In this document: positions 8,579-16,856 of the stretch, piece after piece | Numbering within the stretch: the stretch's first letter is position 1 | Layout of the letters: each line of letters begins with the position of its first letter | Source: Promethearchaeota archaeon | GTDB taxonomy: Archaea > Asgardarchaeota > Lokiarchaeia > Sigyniarchaeales > SOKP01 | Direction of reading: 5' to 3' | Length of the DNA: 19,141 nt | Assembly: GCA_018238625.1 (NCBI GenBank) | Contig: JABCSY010000077.1 | Location: 1-19,141, forward strand | Program-made: the position numbers and the translations under genes | Notes under the pieces: generated by a model | The model's database searches: none | Told to the model about the DNA's origin: nothing | What the model saw: the letters and a program-made list of their open reading frames with translations, nothing else

Positions 8579-10117
8579 TTATATCCTTTCTATCATCATA
8601 CCACCTAAGATGATAGGTCCACCAGTCGCATTATATATTTTCTCGGCTTTTTTTAATTTGTTTTGACTGCTAGAATGAATTTTAAAGATTAAATCTCCTT
8701 CCTTTATTCTTGCTCCTTGTTTTTTAAAAATCTCAACACCAGAATTTTTTGAATGGGGGCAACCAGTAGCTTTAGCTATACGGTTAATAATTGCGTTGTT
8801 TACTCCAGTTATATGCCCTGCTTTAATAGCAAAAAATTCTTTAGAATGGGGGCCTATTTTAATATCTTTGGGTTTTAGTTCTGGATTTCCACCCTGGACT
8901 TCGATTATTCTTTTCATTTTTTCATAAGCTTTACCAGAACGCAATATCTCTTTGGCTAAGCTCTGTCCCTTCCCTTTCTGAGCTTTTCCACCCATTTCAA
9001 GTATTATTCCCGCTAAATCGGTTGATTTCTCAATCAGAGAATTTGGACCTGCAGAATAATCCATAAGCAAAGTTAACGCTTCTTTAGCTTCTAATCCCGG
9101 GCCAATTGCGTGGCCAATTGGTTGATGGGCAAGAGTTAGGGCACACTCCGCTTCAATCCCCACATTTTTTGCAATTTCTTTAAATAAATAAGCAAACTGT
9201 TTCCCATTATCAGGAGTAGGAAATTTTGTTCCTTCGCCAACGGGTATATCTAATACGAGCTTTTTAACTCCAAGAGAAAGTTTTTTAGTGAGTATAGATG
9301 GAATCATAAGTCCTATTGGATCCATGTGGAGTGGGCGCTCAATTTCGATCAATATATTATCTGCAGGCGAAGTATTTAGAGCTCCACCCCATATAATGCA
9401 CGCTTTTTCTTTCGATACAATGCTTTTCAATTTTTCAGCATCAAAAGCAATAGGAGCCAGAACTTCCATAGAATCGGCAGTTCCAGAGGGAGAAGTTATA
9501 GCTCTTGTCGATGACTTTGGAATTGTTAGCCCAGCAGCTGCGACAATTGGAACAATGATAAGCGTAACCTTATTTCCTGGCACTCCACCTGTCGAATGTT
9601 TGTCATAAACTTCCGGTCCGAAGTCGAATAGCTCTCCACTTCTTGCTTCAGCATAAGTCAATGCTGTCATCTCTTCGTTATCCATGCCATTTATAGACAC
9701 CGCAGTTATAAATGCTGCTAAATCGATTCTTGATAAAGAACCAGAGATCGTATCTTGAATTATACTATTGATTTCTTCAGTTGTTAATTTAGCCCCTCTT
9801 ATTTTTTTCTGAATGTATTTAAAAGAATCAGGCGGATCTGCCGGTTTAACGGATATAATCATATTGTTAACTAAATCCTTTTTCTCCTTAAGGATATCTA
9901 AGAAAACTCCGATCTCTCCAGGGTGAACCAAAGAATTAGAATAATCAATTTGTAGTATTGCCACCCAATATTTATCTTCAAGAGATTTTGATTGAGGATT
10001 TTTTACGACAATACGTTCGCCGGCTTTCTGTCCTAATTCTTGAGCGTCTTTAATATTAAGGACAATAGCTTTGGTATTCCCAGTTTCGAAATTAATTTCT
10101 TTTACTTTGAATTTCAT
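8579..10117 (-). CDS. deoA: AMP phosphorylase (archaeal thymidine-phosphorylase family)
   Basis: DKHSTGGVPGNK, RAITSPSGTADSMEVLA, LVLDIPVGEGTK, QPIGHAIGPGLEAKEAL; N-terminal beta-barrel extension typical of AMP phosphorylases; 512 aa. Confidence 0.93.
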   Translation of the reverse strand: MKFKVKEINFETGNTKAIVLNIKDAQELGQKAGERIVVKNPQSKSLEDKYWVAILQIDYSNSLVHPGEIGVFLDILKEKKDLVNNMIISVKPADPPDSFKYIQKKIRGAKLTTEEINSIIQDTISGSLSRIDLAAFITAVSINGMDNEEMTALTYAEARSGELFDFGPEVYDKHSTGGVPGNKVTLIIVPIVAAAGLTIPKSSTRAITSPSGTADSMEVLAPIAFDAEKLKSIVSKEKACIIWGGALNTSPADNILIEIERPLHMDPIGLMIPSILTKKLSLGVKKLVLDIPVGEGTKFPTPDNGKQFAYLFKEIAKNVGIEAECALTLAHQPIGHAIGPGLEAKEALTLLMDYSAGPNSLIEKSTDLAGIILEMGGKAQKGKGQSLAKEILRSGKAYEKMKRIIEVQGGNPELKPKDIKIGPHSKEFFAIKAGHITGVNNAIINRIAKATGCPHSKNSGVEIFKKQGARIKEGDLIFKIHSSSQNKLKKAEKIYNATGGPIILGGMMIERI

Positions 10118-10266
10118 AATATCACAATTTTGTGTAATTAATTATTAATTAGAGAGCTTGATTAATTAAATTTAATTGAAAATTTTATAATTGTATTAGG
10201 TTTTTTCGATTATTTTATTTATTCATTTTAATAAAATTAATTAAAAACCATTGAATGATTTGAAAT

Positions 10267-11406
10267 ATGAATAAGTTCGAAAAAGCTCAAAAAGTACTCC
10301 ATGAACTGAAGAGCGATGGTTGGTTAATTGTTTGCAGCGAAGACAGCGATGTTAATTCTCGATTTCTTATAGGCGTTGAATCTCACGCTCGACACTACAT
10401 CTATGTGGCAAAAGACGGGAAGCATAAAGTCCTTGCCGTCGAAATGGAAGCACCTATGATCGAGCGTTCTTTAAAAAGCAAAGGAATTGATGTTGATGTA
10501 ATAAGCTATAGAACTCTAAAGGATTTAGTTTCATCGTTAAGTTCATTAATTAATAAACCACGTATAGCTCTGAATTTTGGAGAAAGTATTTTAAGCGCGG
10601 AAAGTACGGCATATGCGGATTATATTCGTGCTGGAGATTATTTTTCGTTGAAAAAGTTGGCTCCTCAAACGGAGTTCATTTCAGCAGCACCAATAATAGA
10701 TAATTTAAGGAGCGTTAAATCATCAGAAGAATTAAAGGATTTACGAAACACCTGTAAAGCAACTATGGAAATCTTAGAGACGATACCGGATTGGGTTAAA
10801 GTTGGTATTACGGAAAATGAAATCAAAGCAAAAATAGAATACGAATATATGAAGTTAGGAAAACCATCATTTGGAACGATTGTCGCAACTGGAGCTCATT
10901 CGGCCGATCCACACCACAATACCTCCAAGAAAAAAATTGAACAAGGAGTTTTATTGATAGATACTGGTTTGCAAATTGATGGGATGTGTTCTGACATAAC
11001 TTGGACATTTTGGGTCGGGAAACATCCTACGGAAGAATTTATTCGCGCGTATCACGCTCTTTATGAGTCGAAACAAGTGGCAAATAAATACTTTACTGAC
11101 GGTACCCCAAACAATATACCCGCCAAAAAATGTCGCGAATATTTATCAAAAGAGGGGTACGATCATGAAAAACTATTTTTTCATGGATTAGGACATTCGT
11201 TAGGTTTTGAAGCGCATGACATTGGGGGAAGGATAAGTTGGAAAATGCCTGACAAATATAAACTTAAAGAAAATATGGTATACACTAACGAACCCGGTTT
11301 ATACTGGATAGGTAAATGGGGGATTAGATTAGAAGACGATATAATAATCGGTAAAAATGAGTGCGAGCAAGTTACTGTCGTTCCAAAAGAACCAATTCAA
11401 ATATAA
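10267..11406 (+). CDS. M24 family Xaa-Pro aminopeptidase/prolidase
   Basis: Metal and active-site motifs PHH, DTG...SDITWT, HGLGHSLGFEAHD, TNEPGLY, GIRLEDD; N-terminal creatinase-like domain. Confidence 0.92.
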   Translation: MNKFEKAQKVLHELKSDGWLIVCSEDSDVNSRFLIGVESHARHYIYVAKDGKHKVLAVEMEAPMIERSLKSKGIDVDVISYRTLKDLVSSLSSLINKPRIALNFGESILSAESTAYADYIRAGDYFSLKKLAPQTEFISAAPIIDNLRSVKSSEELKDLRNTCKATMEILETIPDWVKVGITENEIKAKIEYEYMKLGKPSFGTIVATGAHSADPHHNTSKKKIEQGVLLIDTGLQIDGMCSDITWTFWVGKHPTEEFIRAYHALYESKQVANKYFTDGTPNNIPAKKCREYLSKEGYDHEKLFFHGLGHSLGFEAHDIGGRISWKMPDKYKLKENMVYTNEPGLYWIGKWGIRLEDDIIIGKNECEQVTVVPKEPIQI

Positions 11407-11420
11407 TTGAAAGAAAAGCG

Positions 11421-12728
11421 TTATAATTTTATAGAGAATGGAAAATCTTTTGTTTCTTCTATTTTGTTTTGATCAGAGTCCATAAATTTTAAATTTATTT
11501 TAATTATGTAGTCTCCTGCTTCAATAGGTTTAAGACTAATTTCCCATTTTAAATCTTCATTCGTCTTCAACGAAAAGATTTGTTTATTAGTAGTACCCCT
11601 CATAACTTTCAAATCTTCGGGAAATTCGACATCAATCTTTACATCTAACGCCTCCCCTTTACCATTATTCTCAATCACAATCTCCAAGGGAAAAGTTTTA
11701 CCAATGAGAGGAGGTCTTAAATTCTTAATCGATGTGTTTAAAGTAGCAGGAGGAGAAATTAGATGCGGTTTTATCGATTGAGTTTCATAAATAAATATCA
11801 AATTGTTGTTTAATTCACATGTTAAAAACATAGGACCTATTCTTGGATTATCGACTTGAAAATGTGGTTTAAATGTGAACTCTAATGGTGTTTGTTTTCC
11901 AACTTCAATTTGGAAGGGAGTTTTTGATTTTTTACTGATAGCCAAATTATCTGAGAGATTTACCACTATTTTTGTTATATTGAATTCGTCTAAATCATAA
12001 TGTAAAAAAGAGTCTTTTAAAATTTGTAAAAGGTTTGAAGTATCAAAACCCAATTTCAAATTTATAATTTCTTTAGTCGTGTATGTTTCTTTATCTAATT
12101 TAAATGTAATGTTTATTAAAAGCTTAAATTTTGTTAATAGTAATACGTTCTTTAACAATTTCAATTCAGCATCTCTAAATTTATAGCGTCCAACATTGTT
12201 TTTAATTTTATCGAGGTATTTTGGATCGTTATCTCTTAGCGCTATTGTTAGTTCAGAAACGAGCTTTATTAGAGAATGTTCTTTAAAATATTCATTATCA
12301 ACTCTTTTTTTAGTTCTTTTTATAAAATCTAAACCCTCATCAGGAGAACCTTTAGCAAACGAGCATAAATACGATAATACCGAAAATATAACAAAATTTG
12401 AATCCCTATCGCTGTTATTTTTCAGTTTAGGAATGTAGTTAAAGATCTCTTTATAAATTTGGTTAGCTTCTAAAAACTTGCTATTGTGTAGACAAACCTC
12501 TCCAGATTGTCTCAATAACTCTATACTAGTTTCAAATTTCTCTAACATTATAAACGATTTTGCACCATTAATGAAACAGACCTTTGCTTTTTCAAATTCA
12601 TTTAGCTTAATATACGAATTTCCCGCTACATGGTATTTATTACCAGCTTTTTTAAATTGTCTAGCCTTAAACAGTTGCTCAGCTCTTAAAAATTGATTTT
12701 CGGCAACTAATCTTTGATTTTTTCCCAT
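11421..12728 (-). CDS. Hypothetical protein: N-terminal TPR/SNAP-like helical repeats plus two C-terminal Ig-like beta-sandwich domains
   Basis: Helical repeats AEQLFKARQFKKAGNKYHVAGNSY / FEKAKVCFINGAKSF / FLEANQIYKE; C-terminal IGKTFPLEIVIENNGKGEALDVKI...LKPIEAGDYIIKINL has a CARDB/Ig-like pattern. Confidence 0.65.
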   Translation of the reverse strand: MGKNQRLVAENQFLRAEQLFKARQFKKAGNKYHVAGNSYIKLNEFEKAKVCFINGAKSFIMLEKFETSIELLRQSGEVCLHNSKFLEANQIYKEIFNYIPKLKNNSDRDSNFVIFSVLSYLCSFAKGSPDEGLDFIKRTKKRVDNEYFKEHSLIKLVSELTIALRDNDPKYLDKIKNNVGRYKFRDAELKLLKNVLLLTKFKLLINITFKLDKETYTTKEIINLKLGFDTSNLLQILKDSFLHYDLDEFNITKIVVNLSDNLAISKKSKTPFQIEVGKQTPLEFTFKPHFQVDNPRIGPMFLTCELNNNLIFIYETQSIKPHLISPPATLNTSIKNLRPPLIGKTFPLEIVIENNGKGEALDVKIDVEFPEDLKVMRGTTNKQIFSLKTNEDLKWEISLKPIEAGDYIIKINLKFMDSDQNKIEETKDFPFSIKL

Positions 12729-12890
12729 TTTTTCAACGCTTTCTTCAAGAATTTAAAAAATCACTATTATTATTATAAATTCATTGTGAAATTAAAAATT
12801 AAGTGAATAGTCCGAATTTTCTGTTATAATCTTACAAAGAATAAACCTTTAAAAAAATAAAAAAATAAAAAAAAGATTTTTAATTATGGA

Positions 12891-13511
12891 TTAAAAAGCC
12901 ATTAGGATAAGGATAAATGCCACCATAATAATTGTTCCGCTAACGGGCGTCACCCACGTAAATACTACAAAACCAATTATTAGAACGACCCACCATGCAT
13001 AGGACACCTTTACATCTATTTTATTTTGCAAAGTTAAAATTAATATTATTGCAAAAACGAATCCAACAATAGAAAGGGCTATACTTGTAGGTGAACCAGA
13101 AAGGAATAGCATTACAGATTCATATATTAGATAACATGCTCCAATTAAAGCGACAATTTTCGATTCTGCGTAAGTTTTCTTCTGGCTTAAAAATTCTAGT
13201 AATGCTGCTATTAAAACTAAAATGCCTCCAAGATAAGAGGATCCAGCAGCAAATTCAAATAATATTAAGATAAGCCCGATAATTAACAATACCCACCATA
13301 AAAAAGGAATGTTCACTTTCTTAAAATCCACGATTTCTAATGATATGAACATCACTGCTGCAAAGATTAGTCCTATTATTCCATACATTATATTCAATGG
13401 GATTGCTGTGAAAAAATATCCTATACTTACTTGAATAACGACTAACGCACCAATAAGAGCTACAACTTTAGATGCAGATATTCCTACTTTAGAAGTTTCT
13501 CCCATATTCAT
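12891..13511 (-). CDS. Multi-pass membrane protein built from two internal ~4-TM repeats
   Basis: Strongly hydrophobic; repeated SK[VI]VALIGA ... I[IV]G[LF][IV]FA ... WWV[LV]LIIG motifs. Confidence 0.85.
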   Translation of the reverse strand: MNMGETSKVGISASKVVALIGALVVIQVSIGYFFTAIPLNIMYGIIGLIFAAVMFISLEIVDFKKVNIPFLWWVLLIIGLILILFEFAAGSSYLGGILVLIAALLEFLSQKKTYAESKIVALIGACYLIYESVMLFLSGSPTSIALSIVGFVFAIILILTLQNKIDVKVSYAWWVVLIIGFVVFTWVTPVSGTIIMVAFILILMAF

Positions 13512-13693
13512 TCACTTATTTGTTTTTTAAAATTGTTTTTTTTTTTTGAATTTCAAACAAAATTGAAATTATAGTTTAACTAGAAAGATGTGTTTTTATA
13601 CTTTGTCTTACAATTTATAAGTTTAATAGTTTTAAACTTCAAATTCTATTAATTTAAAATAAATAATAAAAATTATTATAGAAATAATAATTT

Positions 13694-13760
13694 CCGAAAC
13701 CATAGCTAATGGTTCGTCGCCTTGCGACTCATTTTTTCTCGCAAGAGTCATTCCTTCGGT
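13694..13760 (-). promoter_or_regulatory. Eukaryote-like SECIS element in the 3' UTR of hdrA-mvhD
   Basis: mRNA: ACCGAAGGA-AUGAC-UCUUGCGA-GAAAAAAUGAG-UCGCAAGG-CGAC-GAACCAUUAGCUAUGGUUUCGG. It has an AUGAN/NGAN tandem GA core, an 8-bp stem, an unpaired A6 in the loop and a closing CCGAA/UUCGG helix. It is a GC-rich island in AT-rich intergenic DNA, right after a gene with in-frame TGAs. Confidence 0.85.
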
Positions 13761-14234
13761 TTAATTTTTCTTTTGTTCTACTTTTGAATCTTTTTTTTTC
13801 ATTTCTGAACGCAGAGATTCTTTAATTGGATTGCTGCCTAAATTTTCGATTATTTCTGAGATTCTGGTGACTTCTTCTTGAAATCTTTGACCTTCAGCTG
13901 CGGTACAATGGAACATTTGGATTCTATCAGGTGAAATACCCGTAGTTTTTAAAATTTCTCTCGCATACTTTACATTTTTTGCTGCTACTAAATTACCCGT
14001 TTCATAATCGCATTCTCCTTCGTATCATCCAGCAACAATTACTCCATCGGCACCCTTTCCAATCGCACGCATCATAAGTGAAGGCGTTACGCGTCCAGTA
14101 CAGTTGATTCTTATAGGTCTAATCGTAGAAGGGTATTGAGCGCGTATCGTGCCAGCCATATCTCCAGCACCATAACCTCATTTCCAGCACATAAATGTTA
14201 AAATCTTTATTTGGTCTTTATCGTTTGTCGCCAC
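13761..14234 (-). CDS. mvhD: Hydrogenase iron-sulfur subunit MvhD/VhuD, selenoprotein (Sec19, Sec70), 157 aa
   Basis: Missing from ORF track. GTG start after GAGGTG: MATNDKDQIKILTFMCWK(U)GYGAGDMAGTIRAQYPSTIRPIRINCTGRVTPSLMMRAIGKGADGVIVAG(U)YEGECDYETGNLVAAKNVKYAREILKTTGISPDRIQMFHCTAAEGQRFQEEV...KKN*. TGAs at 14178-14180 and 14025-14027 correspond to the Cys of CxxC and GCxxGxC. Confidence 0.93.
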
Positions 14235-14239
14235 TTTTT

Positions 14240-14245
14240 ACACCT
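14240..14245 (-). promoter_or_regulatory. Shine-Dalgarno GAGGTG for mvhD
   Basis: Minus strand TAG-A-GAGGTG-TAAAAA-GTG in the 13-nt hdrA/mvhD gap. Confidence 0.65.
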
Positions 14246-14247
14246 CT

Positions 14248-16212
14248 CTATATCTCTTCTAAAATAGCATCGATTTGTTTTTCATATTGAGGTTCACGGT
14301 AGTATCTTAGCGTAATCGCCTCAGAAGGACAATTGGCTAAGCACGAACCGCATCCACGGCATAATATCTCGTTTACATCTGCTCCGTCAGCTAAAGTCTT
14401 AATTGCATCGTAAGAACAATTTAATTCACACAGTCCACACTTCGCGCATCTATCTTTGTCTACAGTAGCTCGAATTAATAAAATCCTATATTTATCCTTT
14501 CCCATCAATCGTGCTAAAGAAGAAGCTGCCGCTCTCCCTTGAGCTATTGATTCAGCTACAGATTTAGGACCTTGAGAAGCTCCTGCAAGTACTATACCCG
14601 GAATTTTGGTGTCAATTGGATTTAAACGAGAGTGAAATTCCTTGAAGAATCCATCTTGGCTCGTTTCAAGCTTTAAGATTCTACCAATTTTTTCTACTCC
14701 ATTTGCGGGCACCATAGCGCACGATAGAATTACCATGTCGTACTCAAGTTCTTTTAATCTTGTGCTACTAAGCGTGTTTTGGATAATTATTTTAAGATTT
14801 TGAGTTTCTGGGTCTTCTTGAATTTTTGAGACATTAGTTCTAATGTACCTAATACCTTCTTTTCGTGATGCGGTGTAATACTCTTCGTAATCTTTTCCAG
14901 CGGCTCGAATATCTATGTAGGCAACAGAGATTTCCATTTCAGGATAATGTTGTTTTATGAGTTTAGAATTTTTAATTGAAACCATACAACATACTCCGGC
15001 ACTGCAATAAGTATTCATGTTTAAATCTCTCGACCCGACACATTGAATAAATAGTATTTTTTCAGGTTTTTTTCCGTCAGAAGGGCGAACTAAATGTCCA
15101 ACGGTTGGTCCGTTAGGCGCAAGAATCCTTTCTAACTTCATTTGGGTTATTACATTTGGATAGACATTGTAACCTAAATAACCCGTTTCTGGTTCGTACT
15201 CGTCCCATCCTGTAGCTACTACTACTGAGCCAACTTTAACATCTACAATTTCATCTTCTTGATCAAAATCAATTGCTTTAACTTCACAAACGCCTTTACA
15301 CAATTCACATTTAATGCAACGCGTCATATCAATTTGGGCTATCGAAGGTACTGCTTGAGCAAACGAAAGGTAAATTGCTTTTCTCGGGTTCATTCCTTCG
15401 TTAAATTCGTCGTATCCGTAAGCGGGACACACTTCAAAGCAAGCACCGCAGCCATTGCAGTCGTTATTGACATACCTTGCCCTTTTACGGATTTTAACAT
15501 CGAAGTTTCCAACGAATCCAGAAATCTCTTCCACTTCACTATAAGTGTATATGTTTAACCTTGGAGTTCTTGCTGCTTCGAGCATAACAGGGCCAAGGAT
15601 TCATATACTACAATCGTCAGTGGGAAATGTTCGATCTAACATAGCCATTTTTCCACCAGTTGTCGGATTTTTCTCAACCAAATGGACTTCAAAACCTTCT
15701 TCAGCCAAATCTATTCCTGCTGATAGTCCTGCTACGCCACCACCAATAATTAAGGCTTTCTTAGTGATATCTACCTCTTTGATTAGGATTTTTTCTAAAA
15801 CACTAGCCCTAGCAACGCCAGACCGAATAAGATCCTCAGCGGTTCTTTGTGCCCCTGGTTTATCTTGTTTGTGGACATAACTCGCGTGTTCTCGTATGTT
15901 CACGAATTCCAAGTAAGAAGGGTCCAAACCCATAGATTCTAGTACGCTTTTAAAAACAGGTTCGTGAGTTATTGGGGTGCAAGACGCCATAACTAACCTA
16001 TTAGCATTGTTCTCGATCATTTTTTCTTTGATGAATTCAGCACCTGGTTGAGTACACATGGATATATAGTCTAAAGCTTCAACTACATTTGGAAGCGTTT
16101 TTGAATATTCTGATAGAGCTTTTGTATCGATTATTTCGGCAATATTAATTCCTCATTGGCATACTGCCACGAAGATTCTCGGTTCATCATTTGTAATTTC
16201 AGTTTCTACCAT
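14248..16212 (-). CDS. hdrA: Heterodisulfide reductase subunit A (FAD, Fe-S), selenoprotein (Sec20, Sec204), 654 aa
   Basis: One frame joins the ORF-track pieces 15601..16059 and 14248..15585 plus a missed N-terminus: MVETEITNDEPRIFVAVCQ(U)GINIAEIID...ASCTPITHE...IIGGGVAG...DRTFPTDDCSI(U)ILGPVMLEAA...CNGCGACFEVC...QCVGSRD...YCSAGVCC...CRGCGSCLANC. TGAs at 16153-16155 and 15601-15603 are at conserved Cys sites. Confidence 0.95.
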
Positions 16213-16426
16213 TGCATAAATCACTTTTGTTCCTTTTTGTTAGTTTCCTCCAATAATTTGTAATAATAGTTGTTATGAATTTAAAATATTTTATTCTAAT
16301 TTAAAATAACTGATTAAAAAAATTAACTTTAATTCAAAAATCTTTTATGTGTTTTTTAAACAATTGAATAAAAAAAGTTCGATTAAATCAAATTTAAATA
16401 GAACTTCTACGGTTATTGAGATAGAG

Positions 16427-16846
16427 ATGTTATTAAATTTATTACAAATGGGAGGTCCTATAGATAAGGAAACTTTGTCTCTAATCCTTATGGCAGCTTT
16501 TGCGGGTGGAGATATCTTATTATTAAAACTCGGGTTAAAAATAACCAAAGCTCGTGAAAGAACAAGAATGAAATGGGTCGCAGTAAGTTTTCTAATTCAA
16601 TTTGGAGTAATTTTTATTATTAGTTCTCCCATGTTTTTGTTAGGATTCGCAGGGAAGTTCGATGGAGACCCTGAAGTAGTCATCCCGATAATAATTCTTT
16701 GTACTTTTATTGACTTAAACGTAATTAATGTCATACATCAAGTTGGCCTTAAACGTTCGTTAATCGTAGTATCGATAATACTCCTTCCAATCGTCTTTAT
16801 TATGGCTAATATGGGATCTATTCTCTCAGGTCCCACGGGATTTTAA
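16427..16846 (+). CDS. Hypothetical membrane protein (~4 TM)
   Basis: Four hydrophobic segments. ATG at 16427 (after GAGATAGAG) is preferred to the ORF-track start at 16349, whose extension looks like AT-rich intergenic DNA. Confidence 0.7.
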   Translation: MLLNLLQMGGPIDKETLSLILMAAFAGGDILLLKLGLKITKARERTRMKWVAVSFLIQFGVIFIISSPMFLLGFAGKFDGDPEVVIPIIILCTFIDLNVINVIHQVGLKRSLIVVSIILLPIVFIMANMGSILSGPTGF

Positions 16847-16856
16847 TAATTTATTA

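Noticed and set aside
10123-10134. CACAA-TT-TTGTG inverted repeat between deoA and the M24 peptidase
   Set aside because: It is short and I noticed no second copy; it cannot be distinguished from chance.
13990-16152. Bacterial-type SECIS hairpins directly 3' of each UGA, or a methanogen-type GAA/A SECIS
   Set aside because: By eye there is no shared stable hairpin after the four UGAs, and the GAA in the 3' UTR hairpin faces U rather than A. A computational scan was not possible.
14025-16156. All four Sec codons are preceded by A (ATGA context)
   Set aside because: Only four cases, and A-ending codons are very common in this AT-rich genome.
14248-16212. hdrA as a split gene or nonsense-mutated pseudogene, as the ORF track suggests
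   Set aside because: All interruptions are TGA, in frame, at conserved Cys positions, with intact motifs and a SECIS-like element downstream.
848-16548. Short opposite-strand or overlapping ORFs in the track (848-1084, 1761-2144, 3384-3632, 4167-4373, 5191-5451, 7365-7559, 7937-8194, 9288-9608, 10823-11008, 12196-12438, 12478-12696, 13091-13273, 15259-15558, 15545-15880, 16345-16548)
   Set aside because: They are antisense shadows of well-supported genes and carry no recognisable motifs.
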